The position numbers and the translations under genes were made by a program. Below, piece by piece: positions 1 to 10,114 of a stretch of DNA of 64,000 nt (positions are counted from its first letter, which is position 1; the number at the start of each line of letters is the position of its first letter). A model generated the notes under the pieces. It was not told the DNA's origin, did not search any database, and saw nothing but the letters and a program-made list of their open reading frames with translations. Source of the stretch: Nitrospirota bacterium (GTDB lineage Bacteria; Nitrospirota; Thermodesulfovibrionia; Thermodesulfovibrionales; JdFR-86). The stretch is taken from contig CAVRJY010000001.1 of the NCBI GenBank assembly GCA_963721805.1, positions 256,001-320,000 of the forward strand. The letters are read 5' to 3'.

Positions 1-803
1 GCGCGGCGAGCTTTGCCTCTACGGCTGCGTTTACGATGGCATCGGCGTCGAGCGCGGAGAGCTTAGCCTCGAGCGCGGAGCGCACGGCAGCCTCGATATC
101 CGCCTCGGCGACCTGCACGGTAACCGAAGGCGGCGCGACCTCCGAGACCTCGGCGGCCTCTATGGCCTCGGCCAGCTCAACCAGCCTCGGCCGGCTCCTC
201 GATCTCGGCGGTTAACAGCTCCTCGGATGTCGGCGCGGTGGCCGCGGCCTCGACCGGCTCCGCCACGTAAGGGAATATGAAATCGAAGCGCTCCTCGGCC
301 TCCGCCTCGGCCTCAGGCTCAGCGGCCTCGGCCGGTTTCTCGGCCTCGGCCATGATGTCCGAGAAGTCGAGGAGTTCCTCTGTGTCTAACAGTATGGGTT
401 TTGCGGGCTGAGGCGCGGCGCGCTTAAGCAGCGCCTCGATCTTCGAGGCGAGTTCCGCGGCCTCGAAGGGTTTAATTATGTGGCCGTCCGCGCCGGACTT
501 GTCCGCAAGCTGCAGGTCGAGGGGCTCGAAGGCCCCGGCGAGCAGGATCACCGGGAGGGACTTCGTTGCCGGGTGCTGGCGGATGTGCTCGGTGAGCTGA
601 TACCCGCTCATGCCAGGCATATGGACGTCCGCGAGCACGATGTCGGGGCCGAATCCCTCCATGGCGAGCAGGGCGTCCTCGCCGGTGTTGACCGACCTGA
701 CCTCATACCCCTTCTCGCTAAGGACGATGTCCACGATCTTCTGGATCGTGACGCTGTCGTCCGCAAGCAGGACCTTTCCAGCCGTAGCCATCTGCTCAGT
801 CAC
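1..803 (-). CDS. Response regulator (REC domain + long acidic Ala/Glu/Pro linker, RomR-like architecture); apparent frameshift near 182; runs off the window
   Basis: KVLLADDSVTIQKIV...PDIVLADVHMPG...IIKPF receiver motifs; past the TGA at 177 an alternative frame continues VELAEAIEAAEVSEVAPP...EAKLAA to base 1. Confidence 0.8.
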
Positions 804-869
804 CCGTGCCTTTCGTAAAGAAGGCGGAGAGGCGGCGTCCGCACTCTCCGCTGATTTTCACCTGTCTAG

Positions 870-899
870 ATTGTATTGATTGATGCAAATGGATGTCAA
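870..899 (-). promoter_or_regulatory. sigma70-like promoter for the response regulator
   Basis: minus strand TTGACA-N18-TACAAT. Confidence 0.6.
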
Positions 900-953
900 G
901 GATTTTTTGTCCGGGCCGAGTCACGCTCAGCAGCCGCAGCCGCGCGAGACGCC

Positions 954-1160
954 TCAGCCGCCACCGCCGCCGCTGCCAAACCCGCCGCCATGGCCGCTGC
1001 CGCCTCCGCTGCCGCTGTCCGAGCAGCAAAACGCGCTGATAAGCTTGCGGACGTTCTTGGAGCCGCAAACGGTGCACGCGGTCTCGGCCGGAGCGCTGCT
1101 GAGCCTCAGGACCGAGAAGGTCTTATTGCAGTCGTCGCAGACGTATTCGTATATCGGCAT
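954..1160 (-). CDS. FmdB-family zinc-ribbon protein
   Basis: MPIYEYVCDDC...CTVCGS...KLIS signature, Gly-rich tail, GGAGG RBS. Confidence 0.9.
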   Translation of the reverse strand: MPIYEYVCDDCNKTFSVLRLSSAPAETACTVCGSKNVRKLISAFCCSDSGSGGGSGHGGGFGSGGGGG

Positions 1161-1231
1161 AGGCGCACCTCCGTGTCATAGGGTTGTCCTATATTGTGCG
1201 CACACCGGGGCATGGCTGTCAAACCGACGAG

Positions 1232-2548
1232 TTATTTGTCACGCGACGTAAGTTTTTCCCTCAGATTCTCCACGGGATAAAACAGCATCTTATTGCCCGA
1301 CTTGCGCATCACAAGCAGGCCCAAGGCCTGAAGACCGAGCAGGTCGTTTCGGCCGGACTGGTAGACAACTCCGTGCACGCGAGAATGCGTCGTGAAGTCA
1401 TAGACTTCATTGGGATTATCAATGGCGCTCGCAAGCAAGGCCCTTTGGCGTGTGTTCAGCGTGGGGTAGCGGCTCAAGAACACTGACGCTTCGCGCTTTT
1501 CGCGCTCCTTGCGGTCGATGTATTCGTTCATGTCATTGACAGCTTCGCGTATAGCGCCGAGGTTGAAGTGCACAAAATAGGTCATGTCATTGTCGTCAGC
1601 TTCGGAGTAGAGGAGCGATTTATAATATTGAATGCGCTTGCGTTTGATGGCGTCAGAGATGGCCAGATACTTAAAAAGCCAGTACCGCTGCCTGAGCATA
1701 TACCAATAAAACAGCGCCCGCGCAACGCGGCCATTCCCGTCCATATACGGGTGAATCCACACGAGCCAGAAATGCAGTATGATCCCCTTAATTGCTGGGT
1801 GAACGAACCCTCCGGAGTTGCTGTCATCATTGGCGAAATTACATAGTCTCCGCATTGCGTCCGGCACCGCATCGGGCCGAGGCGGGGTATATAATACGAC
1901 GTGGTCCTCTATGTCATGGACCTCATTTTGCTCTGTCCTCAGGCGGCCCTCCCACGAGGGGTCATCGAGTGTCCCACGAGATATCTCGGCATGGAGCTGG
2001 TTTATGAGTTCAATGCTCAGTGACTCTCCCTTCATTCTCGTGATCAATTCGATGGTCTTGTAATTGTTGAAGATCATGCGCTCGCCATAGTCCTTTGGAT
2101 CTCGGCCCGAGCGCAGCATTTCCTTTGCTGCCGTGCGCGTAGTCACTGCACCCTCGATCTGGCTTGAGGCTATTGCCTCCTCTGCAAGCGAGCGGATCAT
2201 ATATCTCTCTCGCTCAGCACGAAGGGATTCCGCGTCCTCTGTGAGTACAATCCCTCCAGCATTGCGGTCGATGAGGTGGAGGTTTTCTGCCATAGCTGGA
2301 GTGACTATATAACTGAACGATACGTCACCTGAGAAACTAATATGTTGCCTGTTGGGTGCTCGGTCGATTTTAAGTCTTGCCCAAGATTCCTCGGGTGAAA
2401 ACCCTTCTGGTATCGGTTTATATTTAAAATCGTCCCAGTACAAATAATCGCTGTTTGCCCTAGCTATCAGAGAGTCCAGAGCAGGGGTATCCAATATCTT
2501 CCCCGATACATATTCTGTCCATCTCGGCGGCCGCTCTGGAAGTTTCAT
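1232..2548 (-). CDS. Fic-domain protein with N-terminal inhibitory motif and probable C-terminal winged HTH
   Basis: HPYMDGNGRVAR Fic motif; SSQIEG matches (S/T)xxxE(G/N); GGAGGGAG RBS; visibly lower GC than flanks. Confidence 0.9.
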   Translation of the reverse strand: MKLPERPPRWTEYVSGKILDTPALDSLIARANSDYLYWDDFKYKPIPEGFSPEESWARLKIDRAPNRQHISFSGDVSFSYIVTPAMAENLHLIDRNAGGIVLTEDAESLRAERERYMIRSLAEEAIASSQIEGAVTTRTAAKEMLRSGRDPKDYGERMIFNNYKTIELITRMKGESLSIELINQLHAEISRGTLDDPSWEGRLRTEQNEVHDIEDHVVLYTPPRPDAVPDAMRRLCNFANDDSNSGGFVHPAIKGIILHFWLVWIHPYMDGNGRVARALFYWYMLRQRYWLFKYLAISDAIKRKRIQYYKSLLYSEADDNDMTYFVHFNLGAIREAVNDMNEYIDRKEREKREASVFLSRYPTLNTRQRALLASAIDNPNEVYDFTTHSRVHGVVYQSGRNDLLGLQALGLLVMRKSGNKMLFYPVENLREKLTSRDK

Positions 2549-2624
2549 ACTCCCTCCTGACTATAAAAACTAATTTAATTGGTTTTAGTATTACATGAAG
2601 GCGATGCCAAGGTCAAGGGAGAAA

Positions 2625-2734
2625 TACTAATTTAGTAGATTTTAGTAATAAGTTAGTAGTTCCTTAAAAAACAAGTAGTTGTGGAAGTTAGAACCTCAAT
2701 TACTAATTTTCTACTAAAATCTACTAAATTAGTA
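2625..2734. repeat. Perfect 23-bp inverted repeat built from phased TTAGTA/TACTAA units
   Basis: TACTAATTTAGTAGATTTTAGTA (2625-2647) and its exact reverse complement (2712-2734). Confidence 0.9.
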
Positions 2735-2770
2735 ATTGGTAATCCTGCCCCCGTGCTGTTAATATTATCG

Positions 2771-3208
2771 ATGGACGAGGAGCGAAACCACAAGCTGCCG
2801 CTGACGCCCGAGGCCGAGCGCGCCGAGCGGATCAGGGAGGTGCTTGACAGGCTGATCGAGCTCAATGAGTTCGTCCCGGTCATAGTCGAGGGCAAGAACG
2901 ACGCCTCCGCGCTGCGCTCACTCGGGCTTCAGGGCGAAATCATCACGCTAAACAGGGGCCGGTCGCTGTACGAATTTTCCGAGGAGATTGCCGGTCGCTA
3001 CACTGAGGTCATGCTGCTTACGGACTGGGATCCCGCGGGCGACGCCCTGCGCGAGAGGCTGGGGACCGAGCTTCGGGGGATGTGGGAGGGCTTCGAGCCG
3101 ATCCGCGAGGCCCTGCGCGCGCTCTGTCAGAAGGACATTGGCGCGGTCGAAGAGATACCAGTGCTCTTAAGGAGGCTCGATGATGCTGCGGCTGATCCTT
3201 GGCGATAG
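2771..3208 (+). CDS. Stand-alone Toprim-domain protein (RNase M5/UPF0292-like)
   Basis: VIVEGKND and LLTDWD Toprim motifs; ATG 2771 preferred because the upstream extension runs through the AT-rich repeat. Confidence 0.8.
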   Translation: MDEERNHKLPLTPEAERAERIREVLDRLIELNEFVPVIVEGKNDASALRSLGLQGEIITLNRGRSLYEFSEEIAGRYTEVMLLTDWDPAGDALRERLGTELRGMWEGFEPIREALRALCQKDIGAVEEIPVLLRRLDDAAADPWR

Positions 3209-3542
3209 GGGCGAGCGCATCGCCGCGCGCCACCTAAGATCGCTCGGCTACCGGATCATCAGGCGCAACTATCGCTGCCCGATGGGCGAGATAGACCTGA
3301 TCGCCCTTGACGGCGATACGGTTGTGTTCGTAGAGGTCAAGACGCGCTCGGGGCGGGGCTTCGGGGAGCCGGAGGAGGCGGTGGGACCGCGTAAGCAGCG
3401 GAAGCTCCGCGATGTCGCGGTCAGCTACATCAAATCCACCCGCGGCCCGATGCCGGCGGTGAGGTTTGACGTCGTGAGCATCGTTACCAGAGGGTGGTGG
3501 CGCAGCGAGGTGCAGCACATAAAGGATGCCTTCGAGGTCTAA
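3180..3542 (+). CDS. yraN: YraN/UPF0102 family putative endonuclease
   Basis: GERIA...GYRII.RNYR...GEIDLIA...VFVEVKTR...RFDVV. Confidence 0.9.
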   Translation: MMLRLILGDRGERIAARHLRSLGYRIIRRNYRCPMGEIDLIALDGDTVVFVEVKTRSGRGFGEPEEAVGPRKQRKLRDVAVSYIKSTRGPMPAVRFDVVSIVTRGWWRSEVQHIKDAFEV

Positions 3543-3545
3543 TGC

Positions 3546-3717
3546 AAGCCGTTGACCTTGAGGCGCGGAGGCAGCGGCTGTGCCGCGCACTTCGCAAAGT
3601 GCGATAAATCGCGTCAGACTAGGAGCGGAGAGGAAAACGTCCGACGGTGTACTGTGACGTACTCCGAGGACGGATTTCCGAGCCGTGACAACGTATCACG
3701 CGACTTTAGCGCGCTTT
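3546..3717 (-). mobile_element. Dispersed MITE-like hairpin repeat, copy 1 (core 3596-3717)
   Basis: Aligns by eye with 11354-11512, 33548-33727 and 34431-34620; imperfect terminal inverted repeats and central GTAC-N6-GTAC. Confidence 0.75.
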
Positions 3718-4871
3718 CATTTTCGTACTATATCTATGACCGTGACCTCCGGCGGCGAGAGGATGCGCACCGACGGCCCCCATGTCCCGGTGCCCCGGCT
3801 CACGTACAGCAGCGAGCCCTGGCCGAGGTCATACAGCCCCGCGATGTACTTAAATACCATCCGCACCGGGATGTAAAAAGGGTAGATCTGCCCGCCGTGC
3901 GTATGGCCCGAGAGCTGCAGGTCGAACGTCCCGACGTTCGCCTGATCCACGATCGGCACGTGCTTTAGGACGAGCCTGAACGCATCGGGCGGGGCGGTCC
4001 TGATAAGCCCGGCCTCCGAAAATGGCGTCTTTCTGATCTCCGGCCTCGGCATCGCGTCCCATCCGGCGCGCCTGTAGTCGATCCCGATCACCGAAAGCCC
4101 GGTCCCGGGTATGTTGGCAACCTCGTCTCTGAGCATCCGAAACCCCGCGCCCTCCGTGAACTCTATCGCGTTTTCGATCCCCGCGTACATCTCGTGGTTG
4201 CCGGTGATCGCGAACTTCGCGTAGCGCGCCGTGACCGAGGCCAGCGGGGCCATGTCCGCCGAGATATTGTTCTTGCCGCCGTCGATGAGGTCCCCCGTCG
4301 ATATGAAGACGTCAGGCGAGGCCTCGCGCACGATAGAGAGTATCTTCGCTAGCTTCCCCTGTCCGATCATCAGCCCCAGGTGCACGTCCGAGATCTGCAC
4401 GACGCGCATTCGAGGCACGGTGAGCTTCGCGGTATGGACCTCGATATGCTTGGGCTGGATGTCCCAGGCCGCATAAAACCCGTAAACGTTTAATATGGCG
4501 GCCGAGACCGCAGGGATCAGAAACGCGGCGCGCGCCGGGAGCGTCCAGTGCCATGCTGCTGGCAGCAGGGAGAGCGCCTTCGCCCCATGCACCGCGAGCC
4601 TGTAGCCGTCAAAGAGGACCGCGATGCTGAAAAATACGAGTATCAGGCCCATCCAGGTGTAGCTTAAATACGCGGTCACGCTCGCGGCCCCGTCGTGCCC
4701 CCGGCCCTCAAACGTGTGGACCAGCATCGGCGAGGCGACCATCAGCGTGCACCAGGCCCCGATGAGCGAGGCCGAGACCAGGCCGGGCGAGTATGCCTCT
4801 CGCAGCTTCATCACGAACGCAAGGTTCATGCCCCCGTAAAGGAGCATGTACATAGTGAAGAAACTTATCAT
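3717..4871 (-). CDS. Membrane-anchored metallophosphoesterase (YkuE/YaeI-like)
   Basis: N-terminal TM helices; SDVHLG, TGDLID, GNHE, SGHTHGGQ, VSRGTGTWGP motifs; ATGA overlap with cutA. Confidence 0.9.
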   Translation of the reverse strand: MISFFTMYMLLYGGMNLAFVMKLREAYSPGLVSASLIGAWCTLMVASPMLVHTFEGRGHDGAASVTAYLSYTWMGLILVFFSIAVLFDGYRLAVHGAKALSLLPAAWHWTLPARAAFLIPAVSAAILNVYGFYAAWDIQPKHIEVHTAKLTVPRMRVVQISDVHLGLMIGQGKLAKILSIVREASPDVFISTGDLIDGGKNNISADMAPLASVTARYAKFAITGNHEMYAGIENAIEFTEGAGFRMLRDEVANIPGTGLSVIGIDYRRAGWDAMPRPEIRKTPFSEAGLIRTAPPDAFRLVLKHVPIVDQANVGTFDLQLSGHTHGGQIYPFYIPVRMVFKYIAGLYDLGQGSLLYVSRGTGTWGPSVRILSPPEVTVIDIVRK

Positions 4872-5194
4872 CTGCCCCCGCTCCCCTGCGCTATCCAGGC
4901 CAGGTACTCCGCCGAGCCCTCCGCTATCGGAAGCGCGATGACCTCCGGCACGCTGTATGGGTGCAGGGCCTTCACCCGGCCTTCCACCTGAACATACATC
5001 TCCTGGCGGGTCTTGATAAGCATCAGGACCTCGCGCTCGTCCTCGACCCTGCCCTGCCAGCGGTAGATCGAGCGCAGGGCCGGCACGATGTTTACGCATG
5101 CGGCGAGGGACTCCCCGACCAGCGCTTGCGCTATCGCGGCGGCCACGGCCTCGTCCGGCGCGGTCACGAGCACGACTATGAATTCCGCACTCAC
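4868..5194 (-). CDS. cutA: Divalent-cation tolerance protein CutA
   Basis: LAACVNI...SIYRWQG...HPYSVPEVIALPI...YLAW. Confidence 0.92.
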   Translation of the reverse strand: MSAEFIVVLVTAPDEAVAAAIAQALVGESLAACVNIVPALRSIYRWQGRVEDEREVLMLIKTRQEMYVQVEGRVKALHPYSVPEVIALPIAEGSAEYLAWIAQGSGGR

Positions 5195-6316
5195 GTGAGC
5201 GTTCCCTTTTTAAGCAGGATGCTCTTGTCCCCCGATGGGCCCGTGACCGTGACCGTCGGCTGGAAGAAGACGAAATCCTGATGAAACGGGGTGCGCACGT
5301 GGCCCCCGAAGGAGTGGTTGTCGCCGAGGGCTATGTGGACCGTACCGAGTATCTTCTCGGACTCAAGGATGTTGTCAGGCCTTGTCGCGCGGTCGTTCGT
5401 CCCGATGCCGAGCTCGGCTATGTTGCGGTTTAGGGGCGTGGTCTCGAGCCGCCCGGCGAGTTCCGCGACAAAGGGCTCGTCGCCGTCTATGCGCTCGACC
5501 GAGCCGTCTTTAATCGTGAGAGTCACCGGCGAGGCGAGCTTGCGCGTGGGGGCCCAAAGCAGCACCATGCGTCCGTTCGCGGTGCCCTCGACGGGTGCTA
5601 GAAATACCTCTCCGGCCGGGAGGTTCCCGAAGGCCCCGGCACGTCTCAGGTTCCCGGCGTCCTCGAGCACGCGCCTGCCTTTGATCGAAAACGATATGTC
5701 AGTGCCCTGCGGAGTCGTGATGCGCACCGAGCAGGCCGCCGCGCACACGCCTTGCGATCTCCCTTGTGCGCGACTCGAGGCCGCGCCAGTCGACGGCCAT
5801 AGCGCCTTCAAACATCATGGGGTCAAACAGCGGCATGCTCGCGAAGCGCGTGCCGCAAAGCCCGCAGAGCATCGAGCGGAACGAGGTGTGGCTGGTCGAG
5901 TAGTTCGAGAGCGCGACGACTGCGGCCACGGCGTGGTGGCGGTGGTGCCGGATTATGCCCTCGGCCTCGGCCATGCGCCCGGGCATGAGCCTCTTGGCGA
6001 TGAGCGGCTTGAGCAGCCCTGCCTCGTCGAGCGCGGCTACGGTCAGCGGGCCGAACGCGGCCTCCCAGAGCTTTCTGGGGGGCTCCTTGCCGTGGGTGCC
6101 CGTTGCGGGGTACTCGACGTACGAGACCTCGCGGGCTATCGTGCGCCCGGCCTCGGCCGCAAGCCGCGCTATGTCGCGCAGCCGCTCGCGCCTTGGCATC
6201 TCTGCCGGCGGCACGGTCTCGCGCGCCGAGGGCTTATCCACGAACACGAGCACGCGCTCTGTGGACTTGACTCCCAGATTAACCTTGAATATCGACCAGA
6301 GCGCCCCTGCAAGCAT
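5191..6316 (-). CDS. Aminopeptidase (M29/leucyl aminopeptidase-like), split by an apparent +1 frameshift near 5740
   Basis: GGAGG RBS then ATG 6316 (MLAGALWSIFKVNLG); C-terminal frame has GNLPAGEVF, AELGIGTN, ESEKILGTVHIALG. Confidence 0.8.
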
Positions 6317-6429
6317 GATCGATCCTCCCGGGGCCGGTGCCCAATTACCTTGGTGCTTCGCCCCCGAGGCCGCCCGCACGGGCGTCGGGGGGACGGAGTC
6401 CCCGCTGGAAGGGGGGACCGTGCCCCTAA

Positions 6430-7432
6430 TTATACTCCCTGTCTCAGCCACTTTCATCGGGGTGAGGAAGATCATCAGTTCGCTCTGGGCCACGTCGTCC
6501 GCCCTGTGCTTGAAAAGCCAGCCCAGGACGGGTATGCGCCCGAGCAGGGGGACGCGGTCCTCGGCGTTGGAGTTGCTCTTCGTATAGATGCCGCCAATGA
6601 CCACGGTCTCGCCGTCGCGGACCATAAGGCGGGTGCTGGCGCTGCGGGTGGTCTTCGGGGGGAAGCCGTCTACCGTGCGCGTGTAGTCGAACTCCTCGCG
6701 CCGGGTGTTGATGTCCAGCGCTATGCGGCCTCCCTCGACCAGCCTGGGCGTGACGCCGAGCTCTATCATCGCCGAGAAGTACTGCGCCCCGGCGCCTTGC
6801 GCGCCGTTGTGCCCGTTGAGGATCACGGTGCCGCTGGTCGTCGGGAGCACGAGCTCGGTGCCGCTTGAGATCACGGCCGGCTCGTTCTCGAGCACGACGA
6901 TATGGGGGCTCGACAGCACGTGGGCCGCGTCCGTGCTCTCGAGCGCCTGCAGCTGCAAGTCCAGGGAGAGCTTGTTCGTTATCACCCCGAAGGTGAACGC
7001 GCCGCCCGAATTGGTCAGCGCGGGCAGCGTGACCGCGCCGCCTTCCCTGACCGCGCCGTAGGAGCCGAGCACGTTGCCGGATACGTCGGTATTAAGCGCG
7101 CTCCACTTCACGCCGAGTTCCCTCGAGCGGCCGGTATTGACCTCGACGATGCGGGCCTCGATCGAGACCTGCGCGGGCATCACGTCTATGCGCTCGAGCA
7201 TCTGCCCCACACGGCGGACGCCGTCCTCGTCGTCTCGGACCACGATGAGGTTCAGGGCCTTGATCAGGTCGGCCTTGCCGCCGGGGCCGAGCAGGTCGCG
7301 GACGGTCATGATGAGTTCGTCCGTGGGCCTGAGGTAGCGGAGCCTGAACTCCCTGACCACGGCCTCGGACGCAAACGACGCGGAGCACAGCGCCAGCACG
7401 ACGCAAGACGCGATAAGGACCCTCAGACGCAC
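6430..7432 (-). CDS. Compact secretin (PilQ/GspD-like); stop probably lost through one extra G near 6437
   Basis: QVSIEARIVEV, RELGVKW, VRDGETVVIGG, RVPLLGRIPVLGWLFK, ELMIFLTP; deleting one G gives ...ETGV-TAA at 6432-6430. Confidence 0.8.
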
Positions 7433-7635
7433 CGTTGTTCCCTCCCCCGGATGTGTATATGCCGATGCCTTGCCACAAGATGCAGCCCCGGCGTGCAATT
7501 ATCCGATGCCTGCCCAATGGATAGCAACCAATCGGATGGGGTGCCGGGTAAAATAATATATAACCAAAGTGGCAGGGGATGCAACTGGCTGGCGGTTTCA
7601 GGGGCTGGGTGCGGACTGAAAAAAAGTATTTTCGG

Positions 7636-8259
7636 CTATTCGCCCTCCCGGGCGAGTTTCCCTACGGTGGTGTCCTGAAAGGCCCCGCCGCGGTATATGC
7701 GGACCGGGGTCTCGTCGGGCCGGGCCCGCCCGAGCGCATCCGCCCCGGCCTTGAGCGCGCGGAGGGCCATCACTGATAGCGCCCGCACGAGCGGCGAGGG
7801 GTCGGCGAGGTATTCCTCGGCAACCGGGGCGAACTCCGCTACCAGGTCCGGCCTCACCGAGCCGATGCGGTAGAGGCTCCACAGCGCGCCCGTCCGCAGC
7901 ACCGGCTCGTCGTGAAACGATACGACTATCGGCGCGATGTCCTTAAGCGGCCCGGGGTTGCGGCTGACGATCTCGCCTATGATCTGCCCGGCGGTCCATG
8001 CGTTTGAGCCCGACTCCTCGCGCATCATCCACAGCAGGCGCTGGATGAGCGCCCGCGCGCGCTCCGGGCCGAGCCCGGCCGAGATCAGCCCCAGGGCCTC
8101 GATCGCGCGCCAGCTCCTGACGTCCGTGAGGTCGTAGGTGAGCCCTATCAGCGTCCGCACGACCGCGTGGCGCTTCACCCCGAGGGCGGCGAGGGCCGCC
8201 AGCTCGTTGCGCTCCAGGAGGCCGGTCAGCTCGGCGCGTAATGTGTCTCCGGTGGACAT
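7636..8259 (-). CDS. HEAT-repeat protein (DVU0298-like)
   Basis: WRAIEALG...RLLWMMREESG...W pattern; helical repeats. Confidence 0.7.
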   Translation of the reverse strand: MSTGDTLRAELTGLLERNELAALAALGVKRHAVVRTLIGLTYDLTDVRSWRAIEALGLISAGLGPERARALIQRLLWMMREESGSNAWTAGQIIGEIVSRNPGPLKDIAPIVVSFHDEPVLRTGALWSLYRIGSVRPDLVAEFAPVAEEYLADPSPLVRALSVMALRALKAGADALGRARPDETPVRIYRGGAFQDTTVGKLAREGE

Positions 8260-8363
8260 TCTGGATTATAGCAATTGCTGCGTCGCCAAATCGATTTGCA
8301 TTCCCCTTACAGGTCCCGGCCCCGGCCCGGCGAGCAGCCCGCCCGGTTGTGGCCTGCCGTCGC

Positions 8364-8422
8364 TTGACAAAAATCGCGATTGTTATATATTATATATTTA
8401 CAATTATAAAAATTGTAAATAT
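8364..8422 (+). promoter_or_regulatory. sigma70 promoter with 12-5-12 palindromic operator
   Basis: TTGACA 8364-8369, TATTAT 8388-8393; ATATTTACAATT-ATAAA-AATTGTAAATAT at 8394-8422. Confidence 0.65.
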
Positions 8423-8536
8423 TGTTTTTAATGCGTACCGCTGGTTGCGGGAGTTCAAATCCAACAACCTGAGGCTTGTAGACACGGGGTTGTGGTTTCA
8501 TTAATCTAATAGAAAGTTAAACGGAAAGGTGGAAGA

Positions 8537-8902
8537 ATGGAAAAGGATCTTGGATCTCTCATCAGGCAGATGAGGAAGTCGGCCGGCATGTCTCAGATGA
8601 AGCTCGCCGACAAGCTCGGGGTTTCCTACCAGCAGGTTCAGAAGTACGAGAAGGGCGCAAGCAAGCTCAGCGTGCCGAGGCTGCTTCAGATAGCCGACAT
8701 CTTCAGCGTGCCGGTCACGGCCTTCATCGAGCAGAACAGGACCGCGAAGGCCGCTCAGGCAAGCGCCGCTTACTCCAACCTCAGCGACGACGAGATCAAG
8801 CTCATCATGTACTACCGCAGGCTCAAGCGCAAGAAGCTCAAAGAGAGCTTCATGGGCATGCTGAAGGACATCGTGAAGCTCTCCGAGGGCAACGGAGCTT
8901 AG
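8537..8902 (+). CDS. XRE-family HTH transcriptional regulator
   Basis: MSQMKLADKLGVSYQQVQKYEKG HTH_3 signature. Confidence 0.92.
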   Translation: MEKDLGSLIRQMRKSAGMSQMKLADKLGVSYQQVQKYEKGASKLSVPRLLQIADIFSVPVTAFIEQNRTAKAAQASAAYSNLSDDEIKLIMYYRRLKRKKLKESFMGMLKDIVKLSEGNGA

Positions 8903-8969
8903 GAAAAAGCCCGCATGGCCGCCTTGGGGGAGGCGGTCCCGCGGTGGAACAAGGCAGCTGCATATCGCA

Positions 8970-9425
8970 TCAGGGGGTAACAAGGCTGGATCCCATCAAT
9001 ACAGCATCCTCTGGCGGGGCATCGTAATAAGATACCCTCCTGCCCGTCTCCCTAAACCCGTGCGAGCCGTATAGCGCCCGCGCCGCGCCGTTGGATTCCC
9101 GCACCTCGAGGTGCACCGTCTTTACGCCGCGCGCCCGGAGTTCGTCCATCATGGCCCTCATCAGCGCCGATCCAATGCCGCGCCTCCGCGCCCTGGGCGA
9201 TACCGCTATCCTCAAGATCTCGGCCTCCTCGACGGCGACCACCCGGCATACCGCATAGCCCGCCAGCTCCCCGTCCGAGAGCGCCGCGAGGCAGACCGAC
9301 TCGGCCCGCCCGAGTTCGTCTCGGAACATCCACTCGGTCCATGGCATATGGAATACCGCGGCCTCGATCCCCATGACCTCGCCGAGCAGCGCCCCGTCGA
9401 GCCACTGAACGCTCAGGCTATTCAC
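8970..9425 (-). CDS. rimI: Ribosomal protein alanine N-acetyltransferase RimI
   Basis: EILRIAV...RRRGIG...LEVRESN...LY...GF...R..YY...EDA; directly after tsaB. Confidence 0.9.
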   Translation of the reverse strand: MNSLSVQWLDGALLGEVMGIEAAVFHMPWTEWMFRDELGRAESVCLAALSDGELAGYAVCRVVAVEEAEILRIAVSPRARRRGIGSALMRAMMDELRARGVKTVHLEVRESNGAARALYGSHGFRETGRRVSYYDAPPEDAVLMGSSLVTP

Positions 9426-10114
9426 CGAGCCTCAGCTCCGCCTCGGACTTCCTTATGTACGCCGGGGCGAGACGCTCGCCGTCAGTGAACTCCCCGGCCA
9501 TCGCCCGCATCAGCCCCAGGTGCGCGAGCGCCGAGGGCGAGGGCACCGTCCGGTGCGGGGGCGCGTATACGGCCCTGCCGCCCAGCGCGGACTCAAATAC
9601 ATCCCTGTATATAAGCGCTGCCCTCTCCGGCCAGCACCACCGTCGCGCCGAGCCCCGCGAGCTTGGTCGCGAGCGCCCCGGGCGCATACGCGGCCTCGCC
9701 GATCACGCGCTCCAGGCCGCCCGGCGATACGCGATAGACCGCTGCGTAGACCTCTTTGCGCCGGGCGTCAAACGTAGGGCATACCAGAGCGCTTTCTGCC
9801 GCTCCCCAGGCCAGCGCCTCGAGCGACGAGACCCCGACCACGCGCGCGCCGGTCGCAAACGCTATGCCCTTGACCGTCGCTATCCCGATGCGCAGCCCCG
9901 TGAACGAGCCCGGCCCGACCGCCGCCACGAGGCAGCCGATATCCCCAAGCGTGAGCCCGCAGCGGCCCAGCACCGTGTCGACCTCGGCCATCAGCCGCTC
10001 GGAGTGCGATACGGCCTTGACGTTTAACCGGCTCTCGCCAAGGAGGCCCGCCTCGCTGTCCATTATCGCCACGCCCCCAAGCGTGCTCGACGTCTCTATA
10101 GCCAGCACCCTCAT
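9418..10114 (-). CDS. tsaB: tRNA t6A protein TsaB, apparent frameshift near 9620
   Basis: MRVLAIETS, HSERL, GPGSFTGLRIG, DARRKEVY; C-terminus LAPAYIRKSEAE in another frame. Confidence 0.9.

Noticed and set aside
2681..2770. N-terminal extension of the Toprim ORF and antisense ORF 2653-2895
   Set aside because: Runs through the AT-rich inverted repeat and promoter; ATG 2771 fits the leaderless pattern
5699..7498. 599-aa secretin-aminopeptidase fusion in the ORF track
   Set aside because: The linker is REP-like hairpin DNA, the peptidase has its own GGAGG RBS and ATG at 6316, and removing one G restores a TAA right after the secretin domain
8440..8470. tRNA T-arm-like GGGAGTTCAAATCC as an att site or tRNA remnant
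   Set aside because: No cloverleaf, no duplicate copy and no integrase
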